This document shows positions 1 through 9,941 of a stretch of 22,070 bases of DNA, piece after piece. Made by a program: the position numbers and the translations under genes. The notes beneath the pieces were generated by a model. The model ran no database searches, had not been told where the DNA came from, and worked only from the letters and a program-made list of their open reading frames with translations. How positions within the stretch are numbered: position 1 is the stretch's first letter; each line of letters starts with the position of its first letter. Where the stretch lies: the NCBI RefSeq assembly GCF_006345805.1, contig NW_021837000.1:1-22070 (forward strand), read 5' to 3'. The DNA comes from Octopus sinensis. Taxonomy: Eukaryota.

Positions 1-123
1 AATTACATAATCAAAATCTTGAAACTACAAAATAATGAAAATAACATTATCATGATTAATTCAAAGCAATGTGAATAAATAAACATTACATTTGATGAAT
101 TATTCTGAATGCTAAAGGATTAA
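1..123. mobile_element. Possible right end of a piggyBac-type (TTAA) MITE, cut by the window edge
   Basis: Ends in GAATGCTAAAGGA-TTAA (107-123), resembling a ...AAGGG|TTAA terminus. The left end is not in the window, so the TIR pair cannot be checked. The family call is from recall. Confidence 0.3.
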
Positions 124-490
124 TATCTGCCAATCTCTCAGTTAGCAGTTTGGGTTTTCTGCTGAGTGTGCCAATTACCAAAGGAAGAATTTTCACCTTT
201 GTATTTCAGAATCTCTTCATCTCTCTGGTTAGGTCCTTATACTTCTCAATTTCCTTGGCATGCACTTTCCTATCATATGGCACTACAAGGTCTATGACCT
301 TACACAGATTTTTTTGTCCACTACAATCAAATCTGATCTCTTTGCTTCTTTAGAATGATCAGTTTTTATGGAGAAATCCCATAAAATCCTGTAATTATCA
401 TTCATCACAACCTGTGGTTCTGTTCATACCACTTTTCTGTCACTTGCACCTTCAAATCCACAAACTTGACTAACATCCCAATGTATCCTT
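124..490 (-). mobile_element. R4/Dong-like non-LTR retrotransposon, C-terminal restriction-like endonuclease fragment (decayed)
   Basis: Manual minus-strand translation across frameshifts: RIHWD..CGFE / EKWYE / PQVVMNDNYRILWDFSIKTDHSKEAKRSDLIVVDKK / CKVIDLVVPYDRKVHAKEIEKYKDLTREMKRF*NTKVKILPLVIGTL. This matches the RLE pattern ILWDF..TDH...RPD..D....IIDV..P.D....KE.EKY.DL..W...P.VIG.L. Confidence 0.85.
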
Positions 491-572
491 TATTACTATT
501 ATTATTATTATCATTATTTTTGTTATTATTATCATTATTATTATTATTATTATTATTATCATTATTATTATT
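490..572. repeat. (ATT)n/(TAA)n microsatellite, imperfect
   Basis: Direct reading. Confidence 0.95.
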
Positions 573-576
573 GTTC

Positions 577-790
577 AAGGCAGTGAGCTGGCAGAATCAT
601 TAGCATGCCAGGCTAAATGCTTAGCAGCCTTTTGTCTGTCTTAAAGTTTTGAGATCAAATTTCGCTGCCTTTCATCTTTACAGGATTGATAAAATAAGTA
701 CCAGTTGAACACTGGGGTTGATGTAATTGACTCATCTCCTCTCCCAAAATTGCTGCCCTTGTGGCAAAATTTGAAACCATTAATATTATT
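577..790 (+). mobile_element. tRNA-derived SINE, family B (diverged)
   Basis: Head AAGGCAGTGAGCTGGCAGAATC with A-box-like motif and B-box-like GAGATCAAATT. The same head recurs at 2724-2755. Confidence 0.65.
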
Positions 791-1180
791 GTTGTTCAAC
801 ATTTGGTAGGGTGTGTGCAGGGTGTGTGTAGCATTGTGTGCTTCTTTTGTTATTGTTCGGAGTGTGCAAACTCTTCCTGGTGTTGTATTGTGTCAGTTTC
901 TTTTCTTTCAGTCAGGAGTGGTGCAGTCTTTTGTTGTATTAGTATTTATATTGTGTGTTGTGTGGGTAATGTATTGGGTATCTGGATTGCTGGTAGTAGT
1001 TTATTTCATTGGATATTTGCTGTATAAAGTGTGTCTTGTGTTTGTGGATTATTTTGTTTAGATGTATTATCGAATAAATAGTGTTTTGTGTTGGATGTGG
1101 GCTAAAAATAGCCTAGTGGGGCTGTTTTTTGGATGGTGTGTAGTGTTGAGGATCCAGGTATAGCTTCTATGTTTTTGTTC
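790..1180 (-). mobile_element. Probable extreme 3' end (last codons plus CA-rich 3' UTR) of a second R4/Dong-like LINE
   Basis: Minus translation NIEAIPGSSTLHTIQKTAPLG resembles the RLE-LINE terminus IPG..SL..IQK.ALLG. It is followed by an A/C-rich UTR and bounded by ATT repeats. Confidence 0.5.
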
Positions 1181-1190
1181 AATATTATTA

Positions 1191-1227
<37 letters not shown>
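1180..1227. repeat. (ATT)n microsatellite
   Basis: Direct reading. Confidence 0.95.
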
Positions 1228-1230
<3 letters not shown>

Positions 1231-1587
1231 TCTTTACTTGTTTCGGTCATTTGACTGCGGCCATGCTGGAGCACCACCTTTTAGTACTTATTCTATCGGT
1301 CTCTTTTTGCCGAACCGCTAAGTGACAGGGATGTAAACACACCAGCATCGGTTGTCAACCAATGCTAGGGGGACAAACACGGACACACAAACACACACAT
1401 ACACATATATATATACATATATACGACAGGCTTCTTTCAGTTTCCGTCTACCAAATCCACTCACAAGGCATTGGTCGGCCCGGGGCTATAGCAGAAGACA
1501 CTTGCCCAAGATGCCACGCAGTGGGACTGAACCCGCAACCGTGTGGTTGGTTAGCAAGCTACTTACCACACAGCCACTTCTGCGCCT
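1228..1587 (-). mobile_element. tRNA-derived SINE, family A, near full length with a small internal deletion
   Basis: Reverse complement of the copy at 19281-19683. The segment between CCTTTAGT and ACTTATTC that is present at 21800-21860 is missing here, with AGT microhomology. (ATT)n flanks both sides. Confidence 0.9.
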
Positions 1588-1611
1588 ATTATTATTATTA
1601 TTATTATTATG

Positions 1612-1927
1612 CTAGTGCATGCTAATTTATTTAGCATGTATTTTATCTTGATGCATGGGGACAATGAGTTGCCTCAAATCTAAAGAATCTTTATTAGGAT
1701 TCTTGCAGAATATGGGATGGTACTTTTCTGCAGGTTGATAATGCAGGTTTCAATTCCAATCATGTCCAGTCTTTTATGTATCATTTTGGGTATTGTGTCA
1801 AGTGCACTAATTACTTATTAGGAATACTTATTGGCTTGGTCTTTCACAGTCTCCTCAGCTCACTGGCTTGATCCAGATATTTCTCAATCTTTTCAGTTTC
1901 TTTGATATCACAAGGAACTGTAATATA
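1612..1927 (-). mobile_element. Third R4/Dong-like LINE 3' fragment (RLE C-terminus, stop at 1680-1682, short UTR)
   Basis: Minus translation ITVPCDIKETEKIEKYLDQASELRRL*K / VISALDTIPKMIHKRLDMIGIE / INLQKSTIPYSARILIKIL*, matching the consensus P.D..KE.EK.EKY.DL...VIGALG.IPK....LQKS.LL.TARIL.K.L*. The 3' end abuts (ATT)n at 1588-1608. Confidence 0.8.
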
Positions 1928-1934
1928 TTTATCA

Positions 1935-2498
1935 TTATTCAGTGAGAGAGCAATGCATACCATCAAAATTACACTGGAGTACAAAATTATGAAACCCAAT
2001 ATACCCATCATGACTACCCTTCTGATAAAGGTACACCAGGCTTATTCCTCATAACCATATGTGCACAGCATGATGATCTCATATCAAATTAAACAATGCA
2101 TGATGTTGCAGGTGGGGCCCAGTTAGAATTTTCTTCAGGTCAAGTAACCCATCCTCCTCAAAACGTCCCTGAATGTGGTTTGTTTAAGGATGATGAACAA
2201 AACACTCATGTTTCCAGAGGTGAATTATTCAAATCCCAAAGAATTCCTCTTAACACATGACTGTCATGTTCCCACCACTGCTGCTCCTGCTCATGATCAG
2301 AGATGCACGTATCATCAGCCACTAAGGAACATGCTCAACTAATGAAGGTCAAGCAACTGACAAGCAAATCTGTGGTACAGAGCAGAATATTTGCTGTAGC
2401 CCATCTTTTATACCAAGACAAAACATGTACATGATAACACTTCGAATTAGTTAAGATCAGAAACCATGTGAGCCACTGCCTGGTACTGCATCAGGGTA
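1935..2498 (-). repeat. Unclassified ~565-bp interspersed repeat bounded by ATT repeats
   Basis: A higher-GC, non-coding block between ATT runs. I recall closely similar sequence as an abundant octopus repeat. Only one copy is in this window, so repetitiveness and strand are not shown here. Confidence 0.4.
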
Positions 2499-2507
2499 TT
2501 ATTATTA

Positions 2508-2545
<38 letters not shown>

Positions 2546-2609
2546 GCTATTATTATCATTAGCATCATCATTATTATCACCACCATTATTATCATTATCA
2601 TCATCGTCA

Positions 2610-2655
<46 letters not shown>

Positions 2656-2717
2656 CATCATCATCATTACTACTACCACTACCACTACTACTATACTACT
2701 ACTACTACTACTACTAT
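2499..2717. repeat. Compound trinucleotide microsatellite (ATT/ATC/ACC/ACT)
   Basis: Direct reading. Confidence 0.95.
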
Positions 2718-2723
2718 TTTATT

Positions 2724-2755
2724 AAGGCAGTGAGCTGGCAGAATTGTTAGCATGC
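2724..2755 (+). mobile_element. Head-only fragment of SINE family B
   Basis: AAGGCAGTGAGCTGGCAGAATTGTTAGCATGC is nearly identical to 577-608. Confidence 0.65.
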
Positions 2756-2942
2756 GAAAATGATCATAAGCTTCTGACCTGTTATATGACATAACCAACC
2801 ATATACTGCTTGGGGATATAAACATTTTTAGGTCCATGTATTTTGCCCAGGAAAAAACTGAAGAGTTGCATGGTAATGCACTGTTGTTTTAAATCCAAAA
2901 TAACCTGAGAACTTCACCAGCATGTTTTGGAAAAGCTTTGAG

Positions 2943-3181
2943 CAATGGTTCTCAACTCAAGTCTCTATGGGAGTCCATATAAGATTTTGTTAAAATTTTT
3001 GTGCTATAAACTAATCATACTTTTACAATACACAAAATATTCTTTTTTAAAAATTCCTGATAATATTCAATTATAAAAATATAATAACAGAATTTTTTAA
3101 ACTTTAAATAGCTATTTGGGTCCACCCATGTAAAATAAGAATCAAAGGGATCCATAGGCAAAAAATGGTTGAGTACCATGG
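2943..3181. mobile_element. Putative hAT-type MITE (~240 bp)
   Basis: 14-bp terminal inverted repeats CAATGGTTCTCAAC (2943-2956) and GTTGAGTACCATGG (3168-3181), 12/14 complementary, resembling the CAGTGGTTCTCAA hAT terminus. The flanking 8-mers (GCTTTGAG / GTCTAAAG) match at only 4/8, so the TSD is not confirmed. Confidence 0.5.
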
Positions 3182-3379
3182 GTCTAAAGACATCTGGTGT
3201 ACCATGTCATACATAGAAGCTCCTTCACTTTATTCTTAGGTGAGGATGATGAAGAAACTAGAGTTACATGATCAGTTTCATATAAAGTAGTGCAAAATGA
3301 TTTCAAAAAAGTAGTGCAATGCACTGTAAAATAGCTAAACTGAAAATATTGCTAGTGACTTAAAATATATAAGACATAT

Positions 3380-3433
3380 GCATACAAACATATATATATG
3401 TTTACATAGATAAATATATATGCATGTAAAAAT

Positions 3434-3479
<46 letters not shown>

Positions 3480-3518
3480 TATTATATAATATAATATCTA
3501 TATATATATATATATATA

Positions 3519-3553
<35 letters not shown>

Positions 3554-3770
3554 AAATATATATATTATATATATGCATACATATTATATATATATATATG
3601 TGTGTGTATAATTTATGCATAAAATATAAATATATATAAAAAAAGAATATATATAAATATATATACATATGCATGTATAAATTATATATATATATATATG
3701 CATGTATTAATTATAGAGACAGACAGACAGAGACAGACAGGCAGACAGATATATATATATACTCACACAA
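3380..3770. repeat. (AT)n/(ATAC)n/(AGAC)n low-complexity tract
   Basis: Direct reading. Confidence 0.9.
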
Positions 3771-4002
3771 CATAAATACAAGTGTGTGTATATAGGTATG
3801 TATATGTATAAGTGATACATCAAAAAAAAAAAAGGAAAATAGACAAACCGGCAGACAAATATAAAATAAAAACTGAATGGATAATTTTAATCCAAGAAAT
3901 TTAATAAATACTAAAAAGAAGTTCATAAAATTCCAAATTTATATTATAAGCTATCCATAAGTATTAAGGTTGAATGCAAATGAAATGTAAATAATAAATA
4001 AC

Positions 4003-4055
4003 TTTACTCTTTTACTCTTTTACTTGTTTCAGTCATTTTGACTGCGAGAGTAAAA
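4003..4055 (-). mobile_element. Terminal relic of SINE family A (tail plus 3' stem-loop only)
   Basis: TTTACTCTTTTACTCTTTTACTTGTTTCAGTCATTTTGACTGCG is the reverse complement of the SINE 3' end. It is followed by AGAGTAAAA, an inverted copy of the tail. Confidence 0.7.
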
Positions 4056-4401
4056 TAAAATGTGTACAAAATAATTTTGTATTATTTTGCATTTATAAAT
4101 TTTTATATCTGTGAAAAAATACTGCGCCTTTGTCATTAATATAAAATGACTTTCAGAGTTAGTTATAACAGGAGCAGAGGCAGATATAAAACTACAGTAG
4201 TTATTAAGTAGAATCAATAAATTGCGTCACTATTTGCAGTGGTATGAGAATGGTAAAAGAATTCCAGTCATAAAGACTATAACAGAGAAGAATTACTGCT
4301 CTGCAGTATAAAATAAATATATAAAAAATAAAGTTTAGTAGTTCTTTGTTTTTAACTTCTCTTATATATAATACAAAATTATACACTCATATGCATATGT
4401 A

Positions 4402-4802
4402 TAAGCACATATTGCAGTCTAATAATAAGCTATATGAATACATACATCAAACACACATATCCACACCACATAGCAGGTAATGGTGATATCCTATGCTTGT
4501 ATGTGTGGTGTGTGTGTGTGTGTGTGTGTGTGTATCTGTGTGTGTATCTGTGTGTGCTATATATATATATATATAAACACACACACATGTATACATACAC
4601 ACATACACACACATCTAAGCACATATTGCAGTCTAATAATAAGCTATATGAATACATACATCAAACACACATATACACACCACATAGCATGTAATGGTGA
4701 TATCCTATGTTTGTATGTGTGTGTGTGTGTGTGTGTGTGTATGCTTGTATATCTGAGTGCGTATCTGTGTGTGCTATATATATATATGTATATATATATA
4801 TG

Positions 4803-4848
<46 letters not shown>

Positions 4849-4870
4849 TGCATACACACATGTATAAATA
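4402..4870. repeat. Tandem duplication, 214-bp period, with embedded GT/AT/CA microsatellites
   Basis: TAAGCACATATTGCAGTCTAATAATAAGC... starts at 4402 and at 4616. The unique ~100 bp differs at about 3 positions, and microsatellite lengths differ between the copies. Confidence 0.85.
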
Positions 4871-4908
4871 CACACTCGCACACACACACACCACACACAC
4901 ACACCACA

Positions 4909-5050
4909 TGATGGGCCTTCCACACAGTTTCTGAAAACTAAATTTAGTCATAGGCTCAGGGCTACAGCAGACGATACTTGACAAAGGAGCTGTCCAGTGG
5001 GAATACAAATCAAATGATATTAAAGCAAGCCTCTTAACCACACACTCATG
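4909..5050 (-). mobile_element. Highly diverged 5' part of SINE family A
   Basis: Patchy similarity to 1424-1580 (GGGCTACAGCAGACGATACTTG, CAGTGGGA, CTTAACCACAC). Confidence 0.55.
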
Positions 5051-5074
5051 CCATGCATGCATACTGTGTATGTG

Positions 5075-5318
5075 GTATATATATATATATACACACAGGT
5101 ATACTGTATATATACATATTTACTGTGTTTATACACACACATATATATAACACCTAAATATATATATATATATACCTGTATATATATATATACTATTTAT
5201 ATGTATATATACACCTACATATATATATATATATATATATAATATATATTATATATATAAATATATATATATATACACCTGTATATATACCTGTATATTA
5301 TATATATTATATATATAC

Positions 5319-5366
<48 letters not shown>

Positions 5367-5410
5367 ACATATATATAGATAGATAGATAGATAGATATAG
5401 ATATATATAC
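5075..5410. repeat. (AT)n-rich tract ending in (AGAT)n
   Basis: Direct reading. Confidence 0.9.
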
Positions 5411-5411
5411 A

Positions 5412-5497
5412 TACAAAGAATAAGTCCTGGGGTGGATTTGCTCGACTAAAGGCGGTGCACCAGTATGGGTGCAGTCAAAATGACTGAAACATGTAAA
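5412..5497 (+). mobile_element. 3' half of SINE family A
   Basis: ACAAAGAATAAGTCCTGGGG...GGCGGTGCACCAGTATGGGTGCAGTCAAAATGACTGAAAC aligns with 19590-19661. Confidence 0.8.
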
Positions 5498-5859
5498 GAT
5501 AGAGATATGTATTGTATATCTTCATATATGCTCATATACATACATAAATATCTTTATATATAAAGATATATATGTATATCTTTATATATACATACATATA
5601 TATATCTATATATTTATTTATACATACATGTATATATCTTCATATAAATATATATCTTTATATATAAATATTTCGTTTTTGGATTTGGTTTGCAAGATTC
5701 TTTATATGAGTTCATGTGTTCAAGCATATTCTGTTGTGTCTGGGAGAGTCATTTTCTTTTGTGACTTATTATGTAACACAATCACCAGTAAAATTTCCAC
5801 TTTTTTCGTATTTTTATTGTCCTAAAATTTTCATTGCGTCATGCAATCTTTTCATTATC

Positions 5860-6034
5860 TTTATATATTATATATATTTATTATACATACATACATATAT
5901 ATATGATATATATATATAATATATATATATATATATAATATATATATATATATTAAACATGCATATATACACACACATACATACACATATATAGATAGAT
6001 GGATTGATGGATGGATGGATGGATAGATAGATAA

Positions 6035-6117
<83 letters not shown>

Positions 6118-6120
6118 TAG
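5860..6120. repeat. (AT)n, (GGAT)n and long (AGAT)n microsatellites
   Basis: Direct reading. Confidence 0.95.
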
Positions 6121-6124
6121 CTAA

Positions 6125-6690
6125 GAATATTCGTTTTATTGGTTTCAGTTTATACCTGTGGCCATGCTGAGACACTGTCATTTTGCTACACTTATGTATG
6201 TAGCGTTTAGTCAATAATTTAACCTCTTGTTGTGAGGTAGGTTTGTATGGGACTCTTGACAGGAAGAGATCGAGTTTTGATTTGAAAATACCTATAACCA
6301 CCTTGTGTAAGGCCCTCAGGCTCATTGGGAGAAATATTAAAAAGCTGTGGGCCCCTGAAACGCAGGCTGTTGCAGTAACTGGTCCTGAAGCATGACAGCA
6401 CTGTTGAGATGTTTGGAACTGTGTAGTGGAGACCCATTCTGGCATTTGCAGAGCCTTCAATGCCAAAATTTGGCACAGTCCATCCAGGATCTTCTAGATG
6501 TATATTACTGCATATCTTTCCCATCTTCACTCCAAGCCTTTCACATCAACCTTTCTCATTAGCTGAGCAGTTGCAATGAGACGATCTTCTTTTTGAAATT
6601 TCTAGGTCTGCTGTTAATTTATACACTGTGGGGTGGCCATAGTTGGGAGCAGTAGTCCAGACGAATGAAGATGAGTGATCTCCAAAGGAA
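6125..6690 (-). mobile_element. CR1-type LINE 3' fragment (5'-truncated, decayed)
   Basis: [19 protein letters not shown] / EDPGWTVPNFGIE / CNSLRFRGPQLFN / FKSKLDLFLSRVPYKP. Homologous to the C-terminus of the 10040-11572 element. Confidence 0.85.
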
Positions 6691-6950
6691 CATTATATAC
6701 ATATATACATATATATATAAATATGCATATATATACATATATATATATATACACATATTTATATATATACATACATATACGTATCTATACATATGTACAT
6801 ATATGCACATGTATATATATATACATATTTATATATACAAATTTATATTTATGTATATATCGATATACATATATATGTACATATACACATATGCATATAT
6901 ACATATATATACATATACATATATATATACATACATATACATATAGATAC
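6691..6950. repeat. (AT)/(ATAC) low-complexity tract
   Basis: Direct reading. Confidence 0.9.
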
Positions 6951-7950
6951 GTGTCACCACTAGAATACAAATAGCCTGGGCAAAGTTTAGAAAGCTTCTA
7001 CCCGTACTGGTGACAAACGGTCTCTCGCTGAGAGTGGAAGGTAGATTGTACGACACATGTGTGCAAACTACCATGCTTCACGGTAGTGAAACATGGCCTG
7101 TGACTGTACAGGACATGCGTAGGCTTGAAAGAAATGAAGCTAGCATGATCCTCTGGACGTATACTGTCAGTGTGCACACATGACAGAGTGTAAGCACCCT
7201 AAGATAAATGCTGGACATAAGAAGCATTGGATGTGGCATGCAAGAGAGACGTTTGCGCTGGTATGGTCATGTACTATGGATGGATGAGGAAAGATGTGTG
7301 AAGAAGTGCCACCTCCAAACAGTTGAAGGAATCCAGGAAGACATGGGATGAGGTGGTCAAGCATGACCTTCGAAAGTTGGGCCTCACAGAGGCAATGATG
7401 AAAGACCGAGATCTCTGGAGATATGCTGTGACTGCGAAGACCCGACAAAAAACCTGAGTTCATGGCTGTTTCCTGCACCAGCTTCACATAGCAGCTCCAG
7501 CCCATCCAAAATACCTTTGGATCACAGGATGGCCTGCTATACTTACCTTGGATTGTAGAGTGACCTGCTGTGCTTGAGGAGACCTATTAAGTCAAGTACA
7601 TCAACAATGAAATGGAATTGTAGCTGTGATACCTATGACAGTCGCAGGTAAAAAGCACCATCAGAACATGGTTCATGCCAGCCCACCTTGACTGGCTTCC
7701 TACCCAGTGGCATGTAAAAAGCACCAAGCGATCATGGCCGTTGCCAGCCTCACCTGGCACATAAAAAGCACCCACTACACTCACTGAGTGGTTGGGGTTA
7801 GGAAGGGCATCCAGCTGTAGAAACACTGCCACATCAGACTGGAGCCTGGTGCAGACTCCTGGTTTCCCAGACACCAGTCAAACCATCCAACCCATGCTAG
7901 CATGGCAAACAGACGTTAAACGATAATGATGATGATGATGATGATGATGA
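6951..7950 (+). mobile_element. RTE-clade LINE 3' fragment: ORF C-terminus (to ~7459), 3' UTR and (GAT)n tail
   Basis: [73 protein letters not shown], with in-frame stops and a deletion removing the GR.P motif. The UTR has repeated TAAAAAGCACC units and the palindrome CCATGCTAGCATGG, then (GAT)n. Confidence 0.9.
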
Positions 7951-8111
7951 TACATATATATATATGCATATGTACATGCATATATATACACACATATATA
8001 TATGCATATATATACATATATATATAAATTTAAATATATATATACATATATATACATATGCATCTTTACATATACACATATATATACATGTCTATATACA
8101 TATCAATATAC

Positions 8112-8142
<31 letters not shown>

Positions 8143-8347
8143 CATATAAATGTGTATGTATATATATATATATATATGTGCGTGTGTGTATATATGTATT
8201 TAAATGTGTATATAAGATATGTATATATCATCATCATCATCATCATCATTGTTTAACGTCCACTTTCCATGCTAGCATGGGTTGGACCTATATGCATATA
8301 TATATATGTATATGTATGTATAAATATATATATATGTACATATATAC

Positions 8348-8390
<43 letters not shown>

Positions 8391-8715
8391 TAGATAGATA
8401 TATGCATATATATATGTATATATATATATATGTACATATATATATGTATATATATATATAATATATATGTATGTGTACATGTATGTATATATATATATGT
8501 ATACGTGTGTGTGTATATTTATATTTATATTTATATATATGTGTGATATATATATATATATATTATATATATATTATATATCTGTATATATATGCATTTA
8601 TATGCATATATCTGTATATATATGTACACATATATATATTTATACATATATATATACACATATATATAAATATACACACACACATATATATATATATACA
8701 CACACATATATAAAT
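7951..8715. repeat. Long (AT)/(ATAC) low-complexity tract containing an RTE tail
   Basis: Direct reading. Confidence 0.9.
8228..8286 (-). mobile_element. Terminal ~60 bp of an RTE element, inverted relative to 7886-7950
   Basis: (TCA)n-TTGTTTAACGTCCACTTTCCATGCTAGCATGGGTTGGA is the reverse complement of the RTE 3' end. Confidence 0.85.
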
Positions 8716-8907
8716 GTTTGAGAATTTTTTCAATGTGAACAAACAACACAGAAAAAATAAATAAATAGTTACCAGGGTAGCAAAAATTCACATAGATACC
8801 AAGGATTTAACAGCCTACTTATAAAGCTAGAAATTCCAGGGTTAAGTGAAATGTTTTTGTGTAACATAGGTAAATAAATAAATGGTGTTAATTTCTGGTG
8901 TTATTCA

Positions 8908-9010
8908 GATCTTTATGCTTTCGACATATGTTTCGAAGAAAGTACTGGTATTATTCCATAAAGTACAAGATGATGCAAAATAATGTAATCCTCTCATCAG
9001 GGAAAAAAGA
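8908..9010 (-). ncRNA. Candidate type I hammerhead ribozyme (Penelope-associated)
   Basis: Minus strand reads TCTTTTTTCC-CTGATGA(9000-8994)-GAGGA-[49 nt]-TCTTC-GAAA(8934-8931)-CATATG-TC-GAAAGCATAAAGA. All core residues are present with a GUC triplet. Stem II is 5 bp (one G-U), stem III has a palindromic loop, and stem I is TTTC/GAAA plus TCTTT/AAAGA with bulges. Confidence 0.7.
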
Positions 9011-9272
9011 AACCAAACACATCAATAAGACGTTTTAACAGAATGTGATGACTGTGTATATGTTGAAGAGAATGCTGGCAAGATATTCTTTTTAAAAAAC
9101 CGTTAATAGATTTAGGCAATTTATAGAAACAGAAAGAGAAGAAAGAAAGAAATTAGCAGAAAACTAATGGTGAAGAAATATAGAGTGATAGGTGAAAAGG
9201 AATAAAGCTTAAAGGTGTGGATATAAAATGTACAAACACAGTTAAAGTTTGAGTTCTATATATTGGTAGAAA

Positions 9273-9494
9273 TTACTTATAGGAACTAAAGGTATGTTTT
9301 TGCCATTGCTTGTAATGACTAACGCGTTCTTTTAATGTGTTCACGGGGAGATTCTTTCAGAACAGGATGAAATACATTTCATCATTCCAGAGCAAACATT
9401 AAGATTTAGCCTTATCATAAGGAAATGACTTAGATAGATTATTCCAATGTAAATCAGATTATTCATTATGTTCTTTAAGAGACCAAATTAATTT
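9273..9494 (-). mobile_element. Penelope-like element, C-terminus of the GIY-YIG endonuclease region (decayed)
   Basis: A single minus frame reads [70 protein letters not shown]. This fits the PLE pattern IW.LK....W.I...PY....C.LC..EK..IL....LN...E....C.H..K. A hammerhead motif lies ~270 bp downstream. Confidence 0.75.
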
Positions 9495-9541
9495 ATATAT
9501 GTACATATATGCATATACATATACATATATATATACATATA

Positions 9542-9580
<39 letters not shown>

Positions 9581-9786
9581 CTATATATATACATATATAC
9601 ATACTTATACATATATACATATATATACACATATACATACACATATACATATATATATATACATATACACATATAAATATATATACATACATATAGATAT
9701 ACACATATATATACATATATATACTATATATACATACATATATATACATATATATATATATACATACATATATATTATATACATAC

Positions 9787-9830
<44 letters not shown>
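9495..9830. repeat. (AT)/(ATAC) tract
   Basis: Direct reading. Confidence 0.9.
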
Positions 9831-9831
<1 letters not shown>

Positions 9832-9833
<2 letters not shown>

Positions 9834-9941
9834 CTAAAAATAAGGGTGTCTGTGAGACACCACCATGCGTGGTTTTTAGAGTCAGGGATTTGACTGCTAT
9901 TTTGGCATGGTGGTGTCTCTCAGACACCCTTATTTTTAGTT
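9832..9941. mobile_element. 110-bp MITE-like element with 37-bp terminal inverted repeats
   Basis: AACTAAAAATAAGGGTGTCTGTGAGACACCACCATGC (9832-9868) versus 9905-9941: 36/37 complementary, with a 36-bp spacer. Confidence 0.75.

Noticed and set aside
2310-2320. CTGATGA on the minus strand at ~2312-2318, and on the plus strand near 18850 in the pogo tail
   Set aside because: Neither has a paired stem II followed by GAAA and a stem III.
2832-3271. Two plus-strand candidate exons (2832-2872 and 3240-3271) flanking the hAT MITE, reading SMYFAQEKTEELHGEDDEETRVT*
   Set aside because: Splice sites are plausible, but two frames fit equally well, the peptide is unrecognised and such short matches arise by chance.
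4110-4310. Weak resemblance to a PLE GIY-YIG segment (TFRVSYNR) or an Ig-like WYENGKRIP
   Set aside because: Stops occur in every frame and there are too few conserved residues to call.
5815-5860. Possible third hammerhead on the minus strand (ATTGC/GCAAT stem, GAAA, palindromic AAAATTTT, UA)
   Set aside because: The 5' core reads ATGAAAAG, not CUGANGA or the U3-A8 variant in register, and no stem I is evident.
8774-8827. Minus-strand candidate exon [17 protein letters not shown] with plausible splice sites
   Set aside because: It lies just downstream of the PLE hammerhead, probably within the element. It is short and unrecognised.
8909-9429. Plus-strand exon chain with a textbook 69-nt intron (GTATGT at 9292, ACTAAC, TTTCAG at 9360) giving ...[22 protein letters not shown]
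   Set aside because: The same bases are better explained on the minus strand as a PLE C-terminus and hammerhead motif. No protein is recognised.
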